Of a stretch of DNA of 64,000 bases, positions 43,673 to 56,720 are shown piece by piece (positions within the stretch are counted from its first letter, which is position 1; every line of letters begins with the position of its first letter). Under the pieces are notes generated by a model. The model saw nothing but the letters and a program-made list of their open reading frames with translations. It made no database searches and was not told where the DNA came from. The translations under genes and the position numbers were made by a program. The DNA lies in the NCBI GenBank assembly GCA_050230475.1, contig JBFLGF010000026.1:1-64000 (forward strand), given 5' to 3'. The stretch comes from Ancylonema sp. (taxonomy: Eukaryota).

Positions 43673-44644
43673 CATAGTTGCATGAGCCTTCGGAACAGGT
43701 ATCCAGGGTCCGCAGTTTAGACCAGGGTCCGTCCATCGAGGCCAAAACCTAGGACCGGTGGGAGTATGGTACTCAGCGCTTTGAGCTTGTATAGGTGGAG
43801 AAACAATTCCGGAATATGTCTTTCGTGTATCGGTGGGTCATTTGCATGGTACACAAATGTCATATATATGTATAGGCTAAAATTGCCCGCCATGTCCGCT
43901 TTTGCCCCCAAAAATGTCCACCAAAGAAAAAACTGTATGAAACGCAGGCCGGCCTGGTCGGCGTCTCGGACCCTCGCACACCTCGAAACCAAAATTTGGT
44001 TTTGCGGTTCCACTAACTATGTACTTACCCGGAACGACACCAACTTGTTTCTTGATCGTGGTCCGACGGTCGGACCACGATGGGTCGGACACCGACCGAG
44101 TACCAAAAACGGACCGGGAACTACACCTCTACCCCCACTAGTTTTTTATACTTCCACCAATCGCGAGCCTCATCCCGACCAGGCATGGCTGGGCTACCCG
44201 GGCGGGAATTAAAATGCGGCTATCGAGGTCCAACAAGTCACGTAAATCGGTCGAGTACATGAGTAAGGCTTCCACATGCTGCTCACGGCGCACCAGAGTT
44301 GCACCCGGAGTCGGGACGCGGTGGGGCTAGGGATCTTTTGAGGTTTTTATGAATCCCGGAAATTTTCGGGGGGGGAATGGACATGCTGGGGTTTTTTTGG
44401 AGGTGCAAATTTGCATATCATTTTTAAACAATGCACAAGCCTTTTTGTTTTTTTTTTTGTTTTTTTTTTTTGTTTTTTTTTGTTTTGTTATGTTTTTTTA
44501 TTCTATTTTTTACTCTAGAAAACCGAAAATATCCTACAGTAGGATTCCTACTATCGCCGGTCTGGCACTTTTTTACCTTGAGGGATGCACCTCGGTCCGG
44601 AATCGGGACCTCGGAACCCGAGTCCGCCGGTCAATGCAACTACG
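43673..44644. mobile_element. Non-autonomous CATAGTTG-ended (hAT-like) element
   Basis: Termini CATAGTTGCATGA / TCAATGCAACTACG; subterminal CGGACC/CCGG motifs; TSD not preserved. Confidence 0.6.
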
Positions 44645-45326
44645 AGACGCGGTGGGATCAACCCTACGTCAGCGGGGAGCCCACCCGAAACCTCTGGGCT
44701 CCGGGCTCCTTAAGCTCCGGGTTTCAAGATCGGTGCCTCGATCCCGGATTCTGTATTCCATTGTTTCGATCCAAACAAAATGTTATTTAGATGTTCTTTG
44801 TTGAACGCATATCCCTAGAACAACATGGTTTTCAATTTTTTTTCTAGCTGCTTCTAGATGCTTATGCTAAAAATGCGATGACAAATTCCGAGTCTCCAAT
44901 GTTGTTTTGTTATTTTCGTATTGGCATTCCATTCACCCATTCATTCATTTACATTACCCAAACGCTCCGTCACAAATGCCTCTACTTCTATGCTTTTTCA
45001 TTTTTTCTTCAATGCTCCCCATGAGATTTTGTTTACAAAGTTTTCCCACGTCTTGGAATGGCAAAATCAAGCAAAATAGAACAAAGAAAGACCGCGCCAT
45101 ATTTTCACGACACCAATACTGCTATCCAAAGCGATGGAAGCCGTTGGATGCGTAGAAGCGCCGTGAGGTGGCGATCTATTGGGCTATGTGGGTCTTTCCT
45201 CCCAACAAACTACTCTTAAGTAGCGCTACGATGTGACGCAAACTAGCATGCACATGTGCGAGGAGAAATAGTATGTTCCGGGAAGTTATCCAGAAAGTTA
45301 GCAGTACAAAGCTACTTCATGACGAT

Positions 45327-45764
45327 TGTTGGAAAAACACTTAATGCTTGAGTATGCATTTAGGGCCCTTTGGTGGCTTTAGGAATAATTGTGTGCCTAT
45401 AGCGAGTTAGTGACGTTGTATCGGATTATTGCGTGTGGTTTGTGTGGTCTGACTCAATAGTCGTGTTGTGTGTACGAAGCCGGAAATGTGTTGACCTACT
45501 TGTACGGGCCGGCAATAGTTAGCATGACATGTGGGCCGGACGTAGTTAGCGTAAGATGTGGGCCGACCGTTGTTCGGCAAGCCGGCCAATAGGGTGTGAT
45601 GTTATCTAGGCGACTATAAGTGGGTCATTTTGTACCACTCAAATTAATTCATTCATGTCGTTACATTGACCCCACGTGTCGAGTGTCATTGTTTTGAATT
45701 CACTTGAGGCGGTTGAGCAAATCTCGCAAGTCGAGTTTGGATTTCCCCAATAGACGATTCAACA
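45327..45764 (+). repeat. 5' LTR of copia element
   Basis: TGTTGGAAAAACAC...GACGATTCAACA; matches 50006-50565. Confidence 0.92.
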
Positions 45765-45766
45765 AT

Positions 45767-45778
45767 TGGTATCAGAGC
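45767..45778 (+). promoter_or_regulatory. Primer-binding site complementary to the initiator tRNA-Met 3' end
   Basis: TGGTATCAGAGC 2 nt downstream of the 5' LTR. Confidence 0.92.
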
Positions 45779-48700
45779 GGACGAAGGGTACGCGCGGCTC
45801 CGATTGGTCCTGAAGGAGGAGTCAACGTTTGGTCAACCGTGATCGAACAGTTGTTCCGGGAGAAGCGAATCTGGGGACACGTCCAAGGGACGATGCCACA
45901 CCCGGGCCCGCCCTTAATTGTGGGGGCGGGAGCCACAGCGGGGAGCCCCAGAATCCCTGCCATCCCAGAAGCCATGGGCGTCGTGGGCGTGCTAGAAATT
46001 GTTGTCGTGATTGCGAATCCCGGCGTGACGCAGGCCCAAGTGGATGCGCAGCAAATTCTGATCGAGAAGTGGGAGGCGAATGAAGCGAAGGCTACGGCAA
46101 TTCTGCTTCAAAGTCTGCGGCCAGTAGACGTGATTTCGATTCGCGCGCTACCGACAGTTCACGCCACATGGGCGAAGCTAATGTCAGACTACGTGCCAAG
46201 ATCGAAAATTCTGGCCATGAACGCGCACAATCGGCTCGTTAACTTAACAATGTTGCATGGCAAACGAGTTCTGGCCATGAAACAACGTCTGGAGTCCTAC
46301 GTGGACAAATGCGCGACGCAGCTGGTGGTCACGACGGAAATTGAGCGCACTAATGCGCTTTTGACACGTCCGACACCGAAATGGCAGAATTTTTGCGACT
46401 CTACGGCCGCTCAGAATCCTCTCCCAACGCTCGCGATGATCTTCCAGACCATGCTAGGCCTTGAGGAGAGGTGGAGCACGCGAGAGAAGGAGTCAGAGCA
46501 CGCGGAAGCAGCGTACGCCACGTAGGGCAGAGGCGAAATTCTGGCGGGGGAGGCGCAATATGCGCAAATGTGCGCTCTAGCGGGAGTCGCGGAGATCGCC
46601 AGAAGCAGAGGTTAACGCAGAGGTCCTGGAGCAGGCTTGTCCAAGTCAACGTGCTACTGCTGCGGGAAAGAGGGACATTTCGCACGTGACTGCACGCATC
46701 GAGACAAGGCGTGCTCTTCCTCTGGCAAAACGGGGCACCTGGCAGCGACCTGTCGATCAGCGGGCGCATCAGTGGCGGAAGCAGCGGCGGCGCAGACGAG
46801 CGAAGGCGGAGGCGTGAAGAAACCCGCCAAGAAGGTCACTTTTGCCGCCCTCGGCAAGAAGAAGCGGGCGGCCCTGGCGGATGCGCGGTTGGCAGAGGTT
46901 GGGGAGACGGAGGTGTATGTGGCGGAGGCGGAGGCGCACTCCGTCCAGACAAGCGGGGGCGAAAGCAGCGACATCGTGTGGGTGGGCGACTCAGGGGCGG
47001 ACCGGCACTTCGCCCGCTCGGCGGACATTCTGTGGGACCTCCAGCCGTGCCCGGAGCCTGTCATCATCCGCCAGCTGGTGGGGGAGGTTATCGCCACGCC
47101 CCAGAAGACGGCGCATCTGATCTTCGAGGACAAGGAGGGGGAAGCTGTACACGTGGCATTGGCCAATACCCTTCTCGTCCCCGAGATGGCGATCAACCTC
47201 TTCAGCATCCAGAAGATGCGACATGCCGGGATTCTTCGGGAGTACCCCCAGACGGTGGGACGCGTGTGGATGCGCAACAAGGAGTGAAGCTTCGACGAAG
47301 CTGCGAGGGGGAGGCCGACGATGAACTGCCGCACCCTGCTAAGGGAGATCGGAAGCCCCAACCTCTCCCCTCCCCTGCCCCCTCCCCCTCTCCCACCCCC
47401 AGCAGAGGTCCTGGTAGCAGCGGTGGATGCCAACCTTCTACTCCTGCGGACGGGGCATACTGCCCTCCCCTCCCTCCAGCGGTTGGCCAGAGGTGGCCTT
47501 GTCAGGGGTGTAACGAAACGCTAGGAGCCAATTCATACTTAGAGCCACTTTTGCGGCTAGGTATTAATTGCCAGCATCGGATATAAGGCGCAGCCCTTAT
47601 ATCCAGGGGTGGGCTCATGGATATGAGTCCACGGGTTAATCGGACACGTGGGAAGGATGCACCGCGTGCATCCTCAGCCAGTGTCTCGATTGCCCGGTTG
47701 ACTGCGAAACGACATTGACTGTCGACAGGAATAAATGTCCTAGAGGTTACAGGACTAAGGGTGCGTACCCTTGCGCCCTCGTAGCTGCCTCTTCGGACAT
47801 CTAAGCGCAATATGTATATTGACCTGCTCCGACTAGCTTCGACAGCTCGCGCAGAACTCTGAGTATGCGTCTATTTCATACAACTCGAGAGGATGCCTTA
47901 GACTCAATTGAGCCCTATATAGCTCATTATGCTAACCTTTAACAGCGCGCGATCAGGCCCTCATCAGCCATGCGCGTGCTTTGGGATGAAGCTGTTGAAA
48001 CAAGTCCAATATGCGGCTGTATATTCGAACGAGAATCGGGACTGACGATTACGCTACCGGTACGTCGGAACCCACAAGGCAACGGAGCTGCCGAGCTCGT
48101 GCAAAGTGCGCAGCATAATTGACAGCGGTCGCGCCCCCTAGTAACCTGCGCGCCTTCGGCTGACGCTCCGGGACTGTGCGCACATCTGAGTGAAAACAGC
48201 TATTTCATACAACTCAGGCCGAGAGGATAGCGCCTTAGACTCAGGAGTGCTGACCTATATAGCTCATTATCCCAAGGAGCTCAACGTTTCGGGCGACCCG
48301 ACCCATCGACCTCGTCCATGCCGACCTTGCGGGCCCGATCAGGCCCTCATCATGGGGCCATGGCTCGTTTGTCTTCGTGCTTTGGGATGATTTCAGCCGC
48401 AAATCTTGGGTCATCATTCTGAAATCCAAGTCCAATGTTGAAATGCGGCTGAGACAATGGATCGCATTGGTCGAACGAGAATCAGGGGAGAAATTGGGTC
48501 GATTTCGAACTGACAATGGGGGGGAATTTGTGAAGGAGACCCTCAAGGAGAGGCTGAAGCTACCGGGCGTGCAACAGGAGTTCACCCCCCCTCGGAACCC
48601 ACAAGGCAACGGAGCTGCCGAGCGTCTGAACCGGACCCTCCAGGACAAAGTGCGCAGCATGATGGCGCAGGCGGGGCTCGGGGGCGGAAGCTGGGGGGAG

Positions 48701-50005
48701 ACATTTTTGGCGGCATCCTATCTTCGCAACCGGGGGCCAGTCAATGGTCTGGAGTTGACTCCGCAAGAATTGTGTGCAAAGTCTTCGCCCCTTTGTAGAA
48801 GCCTCAGAGGAGCGGGAAGCTTGGGGCGGTGCGCTGGGAGGGGGTTCATCTCGGGTATGCTGAAAATAGCCCCTCCCCTGCAAGGTTCTCAACGTGGCGG
48901 GGGCAGATTTCGACGAAGGGGTGGAGAGGGGCTGGTGGCGCAAGGAGCTGCAGCAGGAGGGGCCAGAGATGGAGGCAATCGCCTTCCCTGAGCTCGCCGC
49001 GTGTCCAGATCCCCCTCCCCCACCCCCTCCCCCACCCCCGTTCCCACCCCCACCCACAGATCCCCCGCTGGAAGACGACCTCCCCGACCTGGTAGAGGAC
49101 GAGTCCGGCGACGGGGGGGGGGATGGCGATTCTGACGGGGATTCTGACCCCGGTGATGACTGGGGGGCGGGCGGAGGGGCGGCTGGAGGGGCGGAAGTGG
49201 CAGAATTAGGGGCGGGAAGGACGGCAAGGGGTAGGGGCCGCCCTAGGGGCGCTAGGGCCCCAATTTTCACCAATTCTCCTCGGAGAAGTGCTAGGGAGAA
49301 CCGGGGAGTGCCCCCATTGCGATTTGTGGAAGCTTTCACCGCGACAGTCGTCATTGCATGCCCCGGATCCGTGTCCGAAGCGCTTAGTGGACCCGAAAAA
49401 GAAAAATGGGAAAAGGCGATTAATTCCGAATTGGAGAGTTTGGAGGAAAATAACGTGTACGAGGTAGTGGAAAGGCCTCCGGGGAAAGTCATCGGGATGA
49501 AATGGGTGCTTCGGGAAAAAACGGACGCAAAGGGGAAAGGCGCGGGTGGTGGTGAACGGGCTTAGTGAAACGGTGGGAGTCGATTACTCCAACACGTTTG
49601 CACCGGCGGGACACCATGAAGGACTTCGGGGGTTGGTGAACGCGGGAGGATCCATGAGTGGGGGTTTGAGCATCAAGAGGGGGTTCTTTGTGACAACCAA
49701 AGTGCTATGAAAATAGCAAAGAACCCGGTGTTTCACAAGAGGTCTAAGCATATTAACATCAAGTACCACTATATTCGGGAGAAGGTTGAGACGGGTGAGG
49801 TGGAACTTGTGTATGTGCCTACAAAGGCAATGGCGGCCGATCAATTGACGAAGCATGTGGGATTGAGTGTGTTTATGGAGGGGAAGGACTTGGGCTTGAT
49901 GGGAATGGGATAATTGGAGTAGAAGGTTGTGACAAGAGTAGGACAATGGGAGTTTGTCATATAGCATGGGGATGCATAAACTTTGTCATTAATTGAGAGG
50001 GGGAT

Positions 50006-50565
50006 TGTTCAAAAACACTAAATGCCTAAGTATGCATTTAGGGCCCTTTGGTGGCTTTAGGAATAATTGTGTGCCTATAGCGAGTTAGTGACGTTGTATC
50101 GGGTTATTTCGGGTGGTTTGTGTGGCTTGACTCAATAGTCGTGTTGTGTGTACGAAGCCGGCAATGTGTTGACCTACTTGTACGGGCCGGCGGCAATAGT
50201 TAGCATGACATGCGGGCCGGACGTAGTTAGCGTAAGATGTGGGCCGATCGTTATTCGGCAAGCCGGCCAATAGGCGGTGTGATGTTATGACCACTCGAGG
50301 CGACTATAAGTGGGTCGATATCTAGTTTGTACTCACTACTCAAATCAATTGCATTCATGTACGGCCCCGCGACATGTACTCACGTATGAGCTACTTTGGT
50401 TATGACGCATATCCGCCAGTAACCTATCCTCTCGAGTGTCGATCCATGACAACTAACGTTTTCACATATAATCATTGCGGACACGTGAGTGGCGGTACAT
50501 CATAGAAACGGCTGCTACGTGCACGCAATCTCGCAGCTAGTGCACCCCCAATAGACGATTCAACA
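50006..50565 (+). repeat. 3' LTR of copia element (interior 50360-50530 scrambled)
   Basis: TGTTCAAAAACAC...GACGATTCAACA, preceded by the PPT. Confidence 0.9.
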
Positions 50566-51583
50566 ACGATATCTAGTGCAAAGGGTGAGGCACCCCCGCA
50601 CGTGCGAAATCCAGCGCCAAACTCACTACGTAAAATTTACGAGCAAATCTCTCGCGGCCAATCAGATTGCACGGTCAGCGGAGGGTCATCTGTCTTACGG
50701 CCCCGCGTTAAAGGGACATGTAACTCGTTATAACGTATGCAAGCTACTTTGGTTATGACAGGGCATATCCGCCAGTAACCTATCCTCTACAACGGGGGCG
50801 TATCCGATATAAGCTACCGATCCATAGCGCAACGACAACTAACGTACCCATAGAGACCGGTGACGTCACATACGTGCGGTTAATAAAAGCACACTCCAAA
50901 CACAGTGCGGACACGTGCGGATAGTGATCCGTCCACGTTTTGTACATCATAGAAACGGCTAGCTACGTGCAACACAACACACACCAAACACACACGCACA
51001 TCTAGCAAGCAAGCTAGCATGCACCAGATTGGTTTTACTCCCCCCCCCAAGCGTATCTAAGGTAACAGTCGTGCAAGGAAATTGATGGCATTAATTAGAT
51101 TATCCAAACAAAACTTAGATCGCTACATCATTATCTCCCTACGAAAAATACCACGTGACGCCGCGTAGGTGACGCGTGTTTCATCATTTAGGATTCCAAA
51201 GTTGCATCACAAATATTTCCTAAAGCTTCCCTTTCATCAAGGAGACATGCGCGCTTTGAGATGCCTCACTGAGTGTCTCTTCGCCTGAAGCGAAGAGACA
51301 CGTTTTGGAAACAGGCGACCCCGTCCCCCCCCCCTCCCTTCCCCCCCTTTCTTGTTATGGTAGAGCCTGTTGGGGGTGGGATATCATATCCCGAATATGC
51401 CCCTAAATCGTCCCGAAATTGAAAGTTATATATTTGGGATTTATAGGGGTGCTTTCTTAGCGTACCCTTATTATGCTTTTGTTATTACGGCCTAAATACC
51501 CCTGATTACGAAGAGCCTGCCGAAATGGGTGAAAGACACCGTGGTCGCTGACATGGTCCCGAGGATAAGAGGGTGTGCGTTTA

Positions 51584-53483
51584 GCAACCGTTCGGTAATG
51601 ACGCAAGAAGGGCCAATGACGCACGAAGACGTGGCCTTCATTGATGACGAGGGGGTAGCAGCAGACACGTGATACGCGTCAGACAATGAGGGATCAATAG
51701 ATGCGCCTCAGGTGACTTGATTATGGGTGTGGCAGAAATGATATGGGTGAAGGTATGTAGGGTGTGATAGAACAAGGCGGAAATATGGTGGCAGAAAGGG
51801 GGCACAGCGGCAAAATAACAGAATGTGGCAGACCACAACACATGTTTGGGGTTTGGGGAACAGGCAGAGGAGGGGGAGGCGGAGGAAGAGGATGATATCG
51901 ACTCTTTGTTCAAGAAGAAGAAGAAGAAGAGGGCATAAAGTTCTCAGGAGGACCTGGAAATGTTTTTCGAGAACAATGTGACAGCCTTCATGCGCGCTCC
52001 GGTGCTGGATGCGGAATTGAATCGGAAGGAGCAGCCGGCCATCAACAAGCTAAAGATGCTTCCAGAACTGAAGAAGCAGCTGCTCACGTAGGGGATCGAT
52101 CTCCCATTCGAAACGTGTGAATTGGTTTCATTAGTTTCATATATATGTTTTGGTTATTTTGGGAGAAGAATAATGGCTGGAGGGGGAACGGGTCCTTCTA
52201 TAAACATCCGGGGGGGGGGGTGGTGTTCTTTGAACTCAGAACTCATCTGCGTGCTGGTTATTTAGAGAGGGGCATTTTGGGGGTCCCCAAACAATGGCTG
52301 GAGCCCATGCCAGACCAGTCCTTGCCCAGTCTAGCCGTGCGAACGGGAATCCTCGAGATCCTGGGGAAGGTAGGGAGGAGGGGGACTGACTTGCGGATCA
52401 ATGCTCTTCCGTTTCCTACTTCAGTCGCCTGAAATCCCTGGGGAGGGTGGGGTTGGGGGCTGGGGGCTGAGTGCTGGGGGCTGGGGCTAACAGCTGCAGT
52501 TGGACGTGGGGCAGATGGATGAGAGGGAGCAGCTGGTAGAATCCAGTCTCGGGAAGGTACTGAGTTCGTGCCATATTGGCAGTGTACCCGCTCATTGTTT
52601 CGCTCCTAAGGTTGTTCTTTCAAGGGGGTGGGGGAAAGGGTATTGGCCAATCATGCAGGCTTTGGCGGGTGGGGGGCTGGGGTTGGGAATAGATTGTGAT
52701 GTTTTTGTCGCTTTCTACGGAAGAGACGGCAGTCAACCGAAAGTTGGCAAAGGCGCTGGTGGACGCGTGGGTGAGCATGCGGGGAGGGAGGAGGATATAT
52801 CAAAACTGTTTGTCGGTGGCGGGTATTGGGAGATACTTATTGTTTTCAGAAGTTGGAAGGTGGTATACGAGTGTGAGACTGAGGGGTGAGGCCATGGAGT
52901 TGGGATTATTGAATATAAGGAGAAGTGGCGGGGAAATGGAGTGTGAGGAGGAGTAGATTCTGTGCAGTCAAGATCCACTCACCCTCACAGCACATCACTT
53001 TTCCACATCACTTTTTACCCGAGGGACATGGTCGAGGGGGTAGAAATGAGTGGTGCCACCATAGCCCCACCAATCGATACCAGGACCTCCGCGAGCAAGG
53101 CAAGGAACACGTCCCCCCCCCCCGCAGACCTGGACCTGTGGCTCCAAGGTACGGGAGGGGGGGGGGCGGCGCGGAAAGCTGGGATGTTTCCCTACATAAT
53201 CCAGCTCATCCTTGTATTTTTTTTGGAGGGGGGCGCGTTTGCAGGGAGGCTTCTAAAGAGTATAAGGACGACGATATGGAACTGGAGGCCAAATCCTCGT
53301 AAGCCCCACTGTGCCCCATCTAGGATGTGCCTTACATACAAAACCATGCATCTCTGTGAATGAACCGTCTCCCCCCCCCCCCCCCCCACAGCGACCCAAG
53401 GCAGGGCGAGAAGGGGTATCGCGTGCACGCTGCGGTTCCCCGCCCCATGGTGTTGGATTTCAAGCACAGACCCATGTCCAAAG
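51584..53483 (+). pseudogene. IWS1: IWS1/Spn1 transcription elongation factor homologue; intron-containing, partial, with in-frame stops
   Basis: Exons encode AFIDDEGV..T*YASDNE..DAPQ, AEEGE..DIDSLFKKKKKKRA*..DAELNRKEQPAINKLKMLP, GILG..KQWLEPMPDQSLPS, REQLVESSLGK, VMFLS..EETAVNRKLAKALVDAW and RVHAAVPRPMVLDFKHRPMSK. Stops at 51670-51672 (TGA) and 51936-51938 (TAA). Confidence 0.8.
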
Positions 53484-55224
53484 TGACGGCGGCACAGGCG
53501 CAACAGAGGAGGCCTTTGAAGGAGGAGGGACGATATGGGGTGGGGGGTGGGGGGGGAGTGAGGTTATTGTGAAGGTGGATTGAGTACATTGCAATGTCTA
53601 GTTTCGAAAGAGGTGATGCAAAGAGATGGGTGAATGTGCGCGGTATTGTACGGATGAGTGATGAGAGGACGGAAGTGTAGAGACTTTTGTTTTAGTGGAG
53701 TGTGTCACCATTTGTTATTATTGGTGTGTGGAGTGTGACATCATTTGTTATTATTGCTTTTTGAGGTATGGGTGTGTGGTTTTGATGTGTGGTGTGGTGC
53801 GTGTTGATGCAGATGTTGAAAAAAATGCAGAAGATGGGGGGAGGAAAGTCGAAAAATCTGAAAGCGGAGAAACTAAGCGTCGAGGGTAGAAATCTGACCA
53901 AGTACATATAAGGTGTCTCCCCATAGGCACGTGCGTCAAAATCGTAATTTGAGATGAAAGATAGTGTTGATGAAATGTCGAGGATTTCCATCGATGTATT
54001 TTTGTATATTATCGGTTTGTTCGGTTTTGGCAAAGTTTTTTGAGAGTCGGCCATTGAATTGACACACAAACTTCAGATTGGGTTGGATTGGCCCTCTCAA
54101 ATTTGTTTATCTCATGTTCTGAGCCAAAATGATGCGAAAAGTGTGAGAACTTTATTTTTCATCGATGCAAGAAAAAAGTTAAATCCTCATAATCTCTTTG
54201 AATCTAAGGATCACATCATTACAAGCGTCGACACAACAAAAATGAAAGCTTGAAGTGGAAAGTATTGATGAACGAATTATGTGTACAAGTCCACACCTAG
54301 TACAGCCGAATGTAATCGATCGAACGTCTTAGTCAAAGATTTTCTGATATCGACACTGCCTTTGTCAACACCAATTACAACGAAGCATTTTGCCACATCA
54401 TCTAATCTTATCGATACTTGTGCCAAATAGCCATAAACTCCTATTGCCTTCTTTAATGCTTTTAGATGTGGGGGGGGGGAAATACGGGTCGGGTCAACTC
54501 TCTATTTTTTTTAGTGTCACAATATTGTCATGTTTCGGTTGCGTTGTAGCGGCCTTTGGCACATGTCACCATGCTACGACATTGCCACCATGCTACGATA
54601 TTGGCATGTGTTTGTTATCACCCCCACCCCGCAAGAGTCAATCACATCGTCGGAGTTACGAGTTGTAGCTCGGTTATCCCGGAGTGTGTGGAACCTTGTT
54701 CCATTACAAGCCCCTACATTTTTTTTGGGTGATTTTTTCTTTGCTGTATGTTGCTAGGAATCCTACCGTGTTTCTTTAATAATCTTGCAACAAATTAACG
54801 AGACCAACAAAAAAAGAGAAAAAAATCGCAGGGTGTCGTGTTTAGTGATTACCCGTATAAAGTGATTTTTACATAAAAAGTAAAACCCTTCATTGTAGTA
54901 TTAACCTGATGAACCACAACCTATATTCTTAGGGCCTAAACATACAACGCTTCCGGGAGACCGGGAATCCCAAGGGAGCGGGGATCCACCCTCCCCCCGA
55001 CGGCTGTTCCGCGGCGGGGACCAAGCAGACCGTCTGACACAAACCTCTTTGACGTCCACATTGGCCGAAGGGGCTGTTGTAGGAAAGGCCCGGTGCAAAT
55101 TTTACCCTCCTCGGCCTAGGCTCCCGGGTCCACTTACTGTCCTCCATCTTATAGCTACTACAAGTTCTCAAAGCTTCTGCGTGGCCACTGTACGTCTCAC
55201 GGTTCGAAATCTGGACTCAGAAAC

Positions 55225-56720
55225 ATGTTGCGATGCATCCTGATCACTAACCGAACTGGAAATGTGCTTTTGGAACGGTATGTTCCTCTTTTAGCAAAAA
55301 AAATACGATCTTCGCTGTTGCAACTGAAATTACGCCAGCATACATACAGTGGGAAATAATCTGTTGATTTTTTCTTGGCGTTGTGAGTCTTTGCAGTTGT
55401 ATGGAATGTCTGAGGGATAGCATACGTGCTGCTATCCGGAGTCTAATTTTCACAAGCTATGCCTTGCAGTTTCCACGGTGTGCCTCCTGAGGAAAGGAGT
55501 CAATGGCGAGGCTACCTTATAAAACTAGGGACAGACAACCTGGTGGGCGCGAAAGATGAGGAGCAATTTATCGCGTGCTTTAGGTCCGTTCACCGACGGG
55601 CAGAGAACTCTGGATTACTTTGTGAGCCTGGAAACACCAATGTTCCCTGTTTTGATAGTTTCCCAATCGCCTGGTCCCTAAAAGTTCTTGTGGTTGAGGA
55701 GATGGGGCGCTCTGAATTCACGAATCATAGCTGTTTGTTAATCGCTGTGATCTACGTTCAGCTTCGTCATCTTTAATTTCCTGAAGGCATCTGCAGGAGA
55801 AGATGTCGCTAGTTCGAACTGGAAACTGAGATTGTGTATGTGTGTTCGAGGAGATGCCCCTGACTTGAGGCACGTGTAGGAGCACTCTAACGATCGTAGT
55901 ACAGATTGTTGTCGCTCACACACGGTGTATTCTCAACAGGACCACCTGGAATCGAAATTCTAGATCCAAAATGTAGATTTGATCCAACTTTTGCCGAAGA
56001 CATTATCTTGTAAATTCTTACCTACTTGTCTGCAGGACTGTCTTCATATGCTACTGTACGGTGTCAGACCTGCAGTTCTACGTGGTCGGGAACAACGAAT
56101 ATGACGAGCTCGGGTGTAAGGATTTTTTCTTCTTCCTTCATATCATTTCCGCAGCTTATCAAACAATTTACCTAAATGTTTTATCTCGGCGCAACAAATT
56201 CGTTTTTGTGGTGGTATCCATCAGATCGTTTGGAGCAATGGCATGCTCCAATGGCATCGCTTCTTGGTGGCACTCATGGGGATGCTGGGAATTACGATTT
56301 CCGCATCAAAGAAGGTCGCAAACAATATCTATAAAATTGAATGCAAGCACTTGTGGCCTTGAGTTACAGTGTCTGAGGTGCTGAACGCAATCATCGCGAC
56401 CTCCAAGGATATTTGTAGAAAGGGATTGCGAGAATCTGTTCTTCTGGACCGCTACGGAAGAGTCTGCTTGGCTTTGGATGAGATAACATCACAGGTAGGC
56501 AAGAGGCCGTTAATAAAGTTAATACTTGTCTTCCTGTTTGACTGCAATAGCTCTCTTTAGAAAATTCTGGTTTTACACTTCGTGTTTGTTACGTGATGCT
56601 TGTACACACCAAGCCAACCTGATCAATTAAGGCGAATTGGCCGTGCAGGGAATCGTGGAGCATCTAGACAAAGATAGAATAAGGAGACTAGCAAGATTGA
56701 AGCCATTAGAGACATATTGA
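55225..56720 (+). CDS. LOLITA: TPLATE/TSET complex small longin subunit (LOLITA/TSPOON), 5 exons
   Basis: Spliced product MLRCILITNRTGNVLLER|FHGVPPEERSQWRGYLIKLGTDNL..|..VVGNNEYDELG|LSEVL..LLDRYGRVCLALDEITSQ|GIVEHLDKDRIRRLARLKPLETY*; GT-AG introns. Confidence 0.9.

Larger units (their letters stand above)
45327..50565 (+). mobile_element. Ty1/copia LTR retrotransposon, both LTRs and TSD present, pol internally deleted and frameshifted
   Basis: TG...CA LTRs at 45327-45764 and 50006-50565; TSD ACGAT at 45322-45326 and 50566-50570; PBS TGGTATCAGAGC; PPT GAGAGGGGGA (49995-50004). Gag knuckle CYCCGKEGHFARDC, protease WVGDSGADRHF, integrase DDFSR/TDNGGEF/GNGAAERLNRTL, RT start EALSGPEKEKW..GMKWV, RNase H end NPVFHKRSKHINIKYH. 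Confidence 0.96.

Noticed and set aside
51670..51938. Stop-codon reassignment explaining the in-frame TGA/TAA in IWS1
   Set aside because: Neighbouring intact genes end at TAA, TAG and TGA in the expected places; pseudogenisation is simpler.
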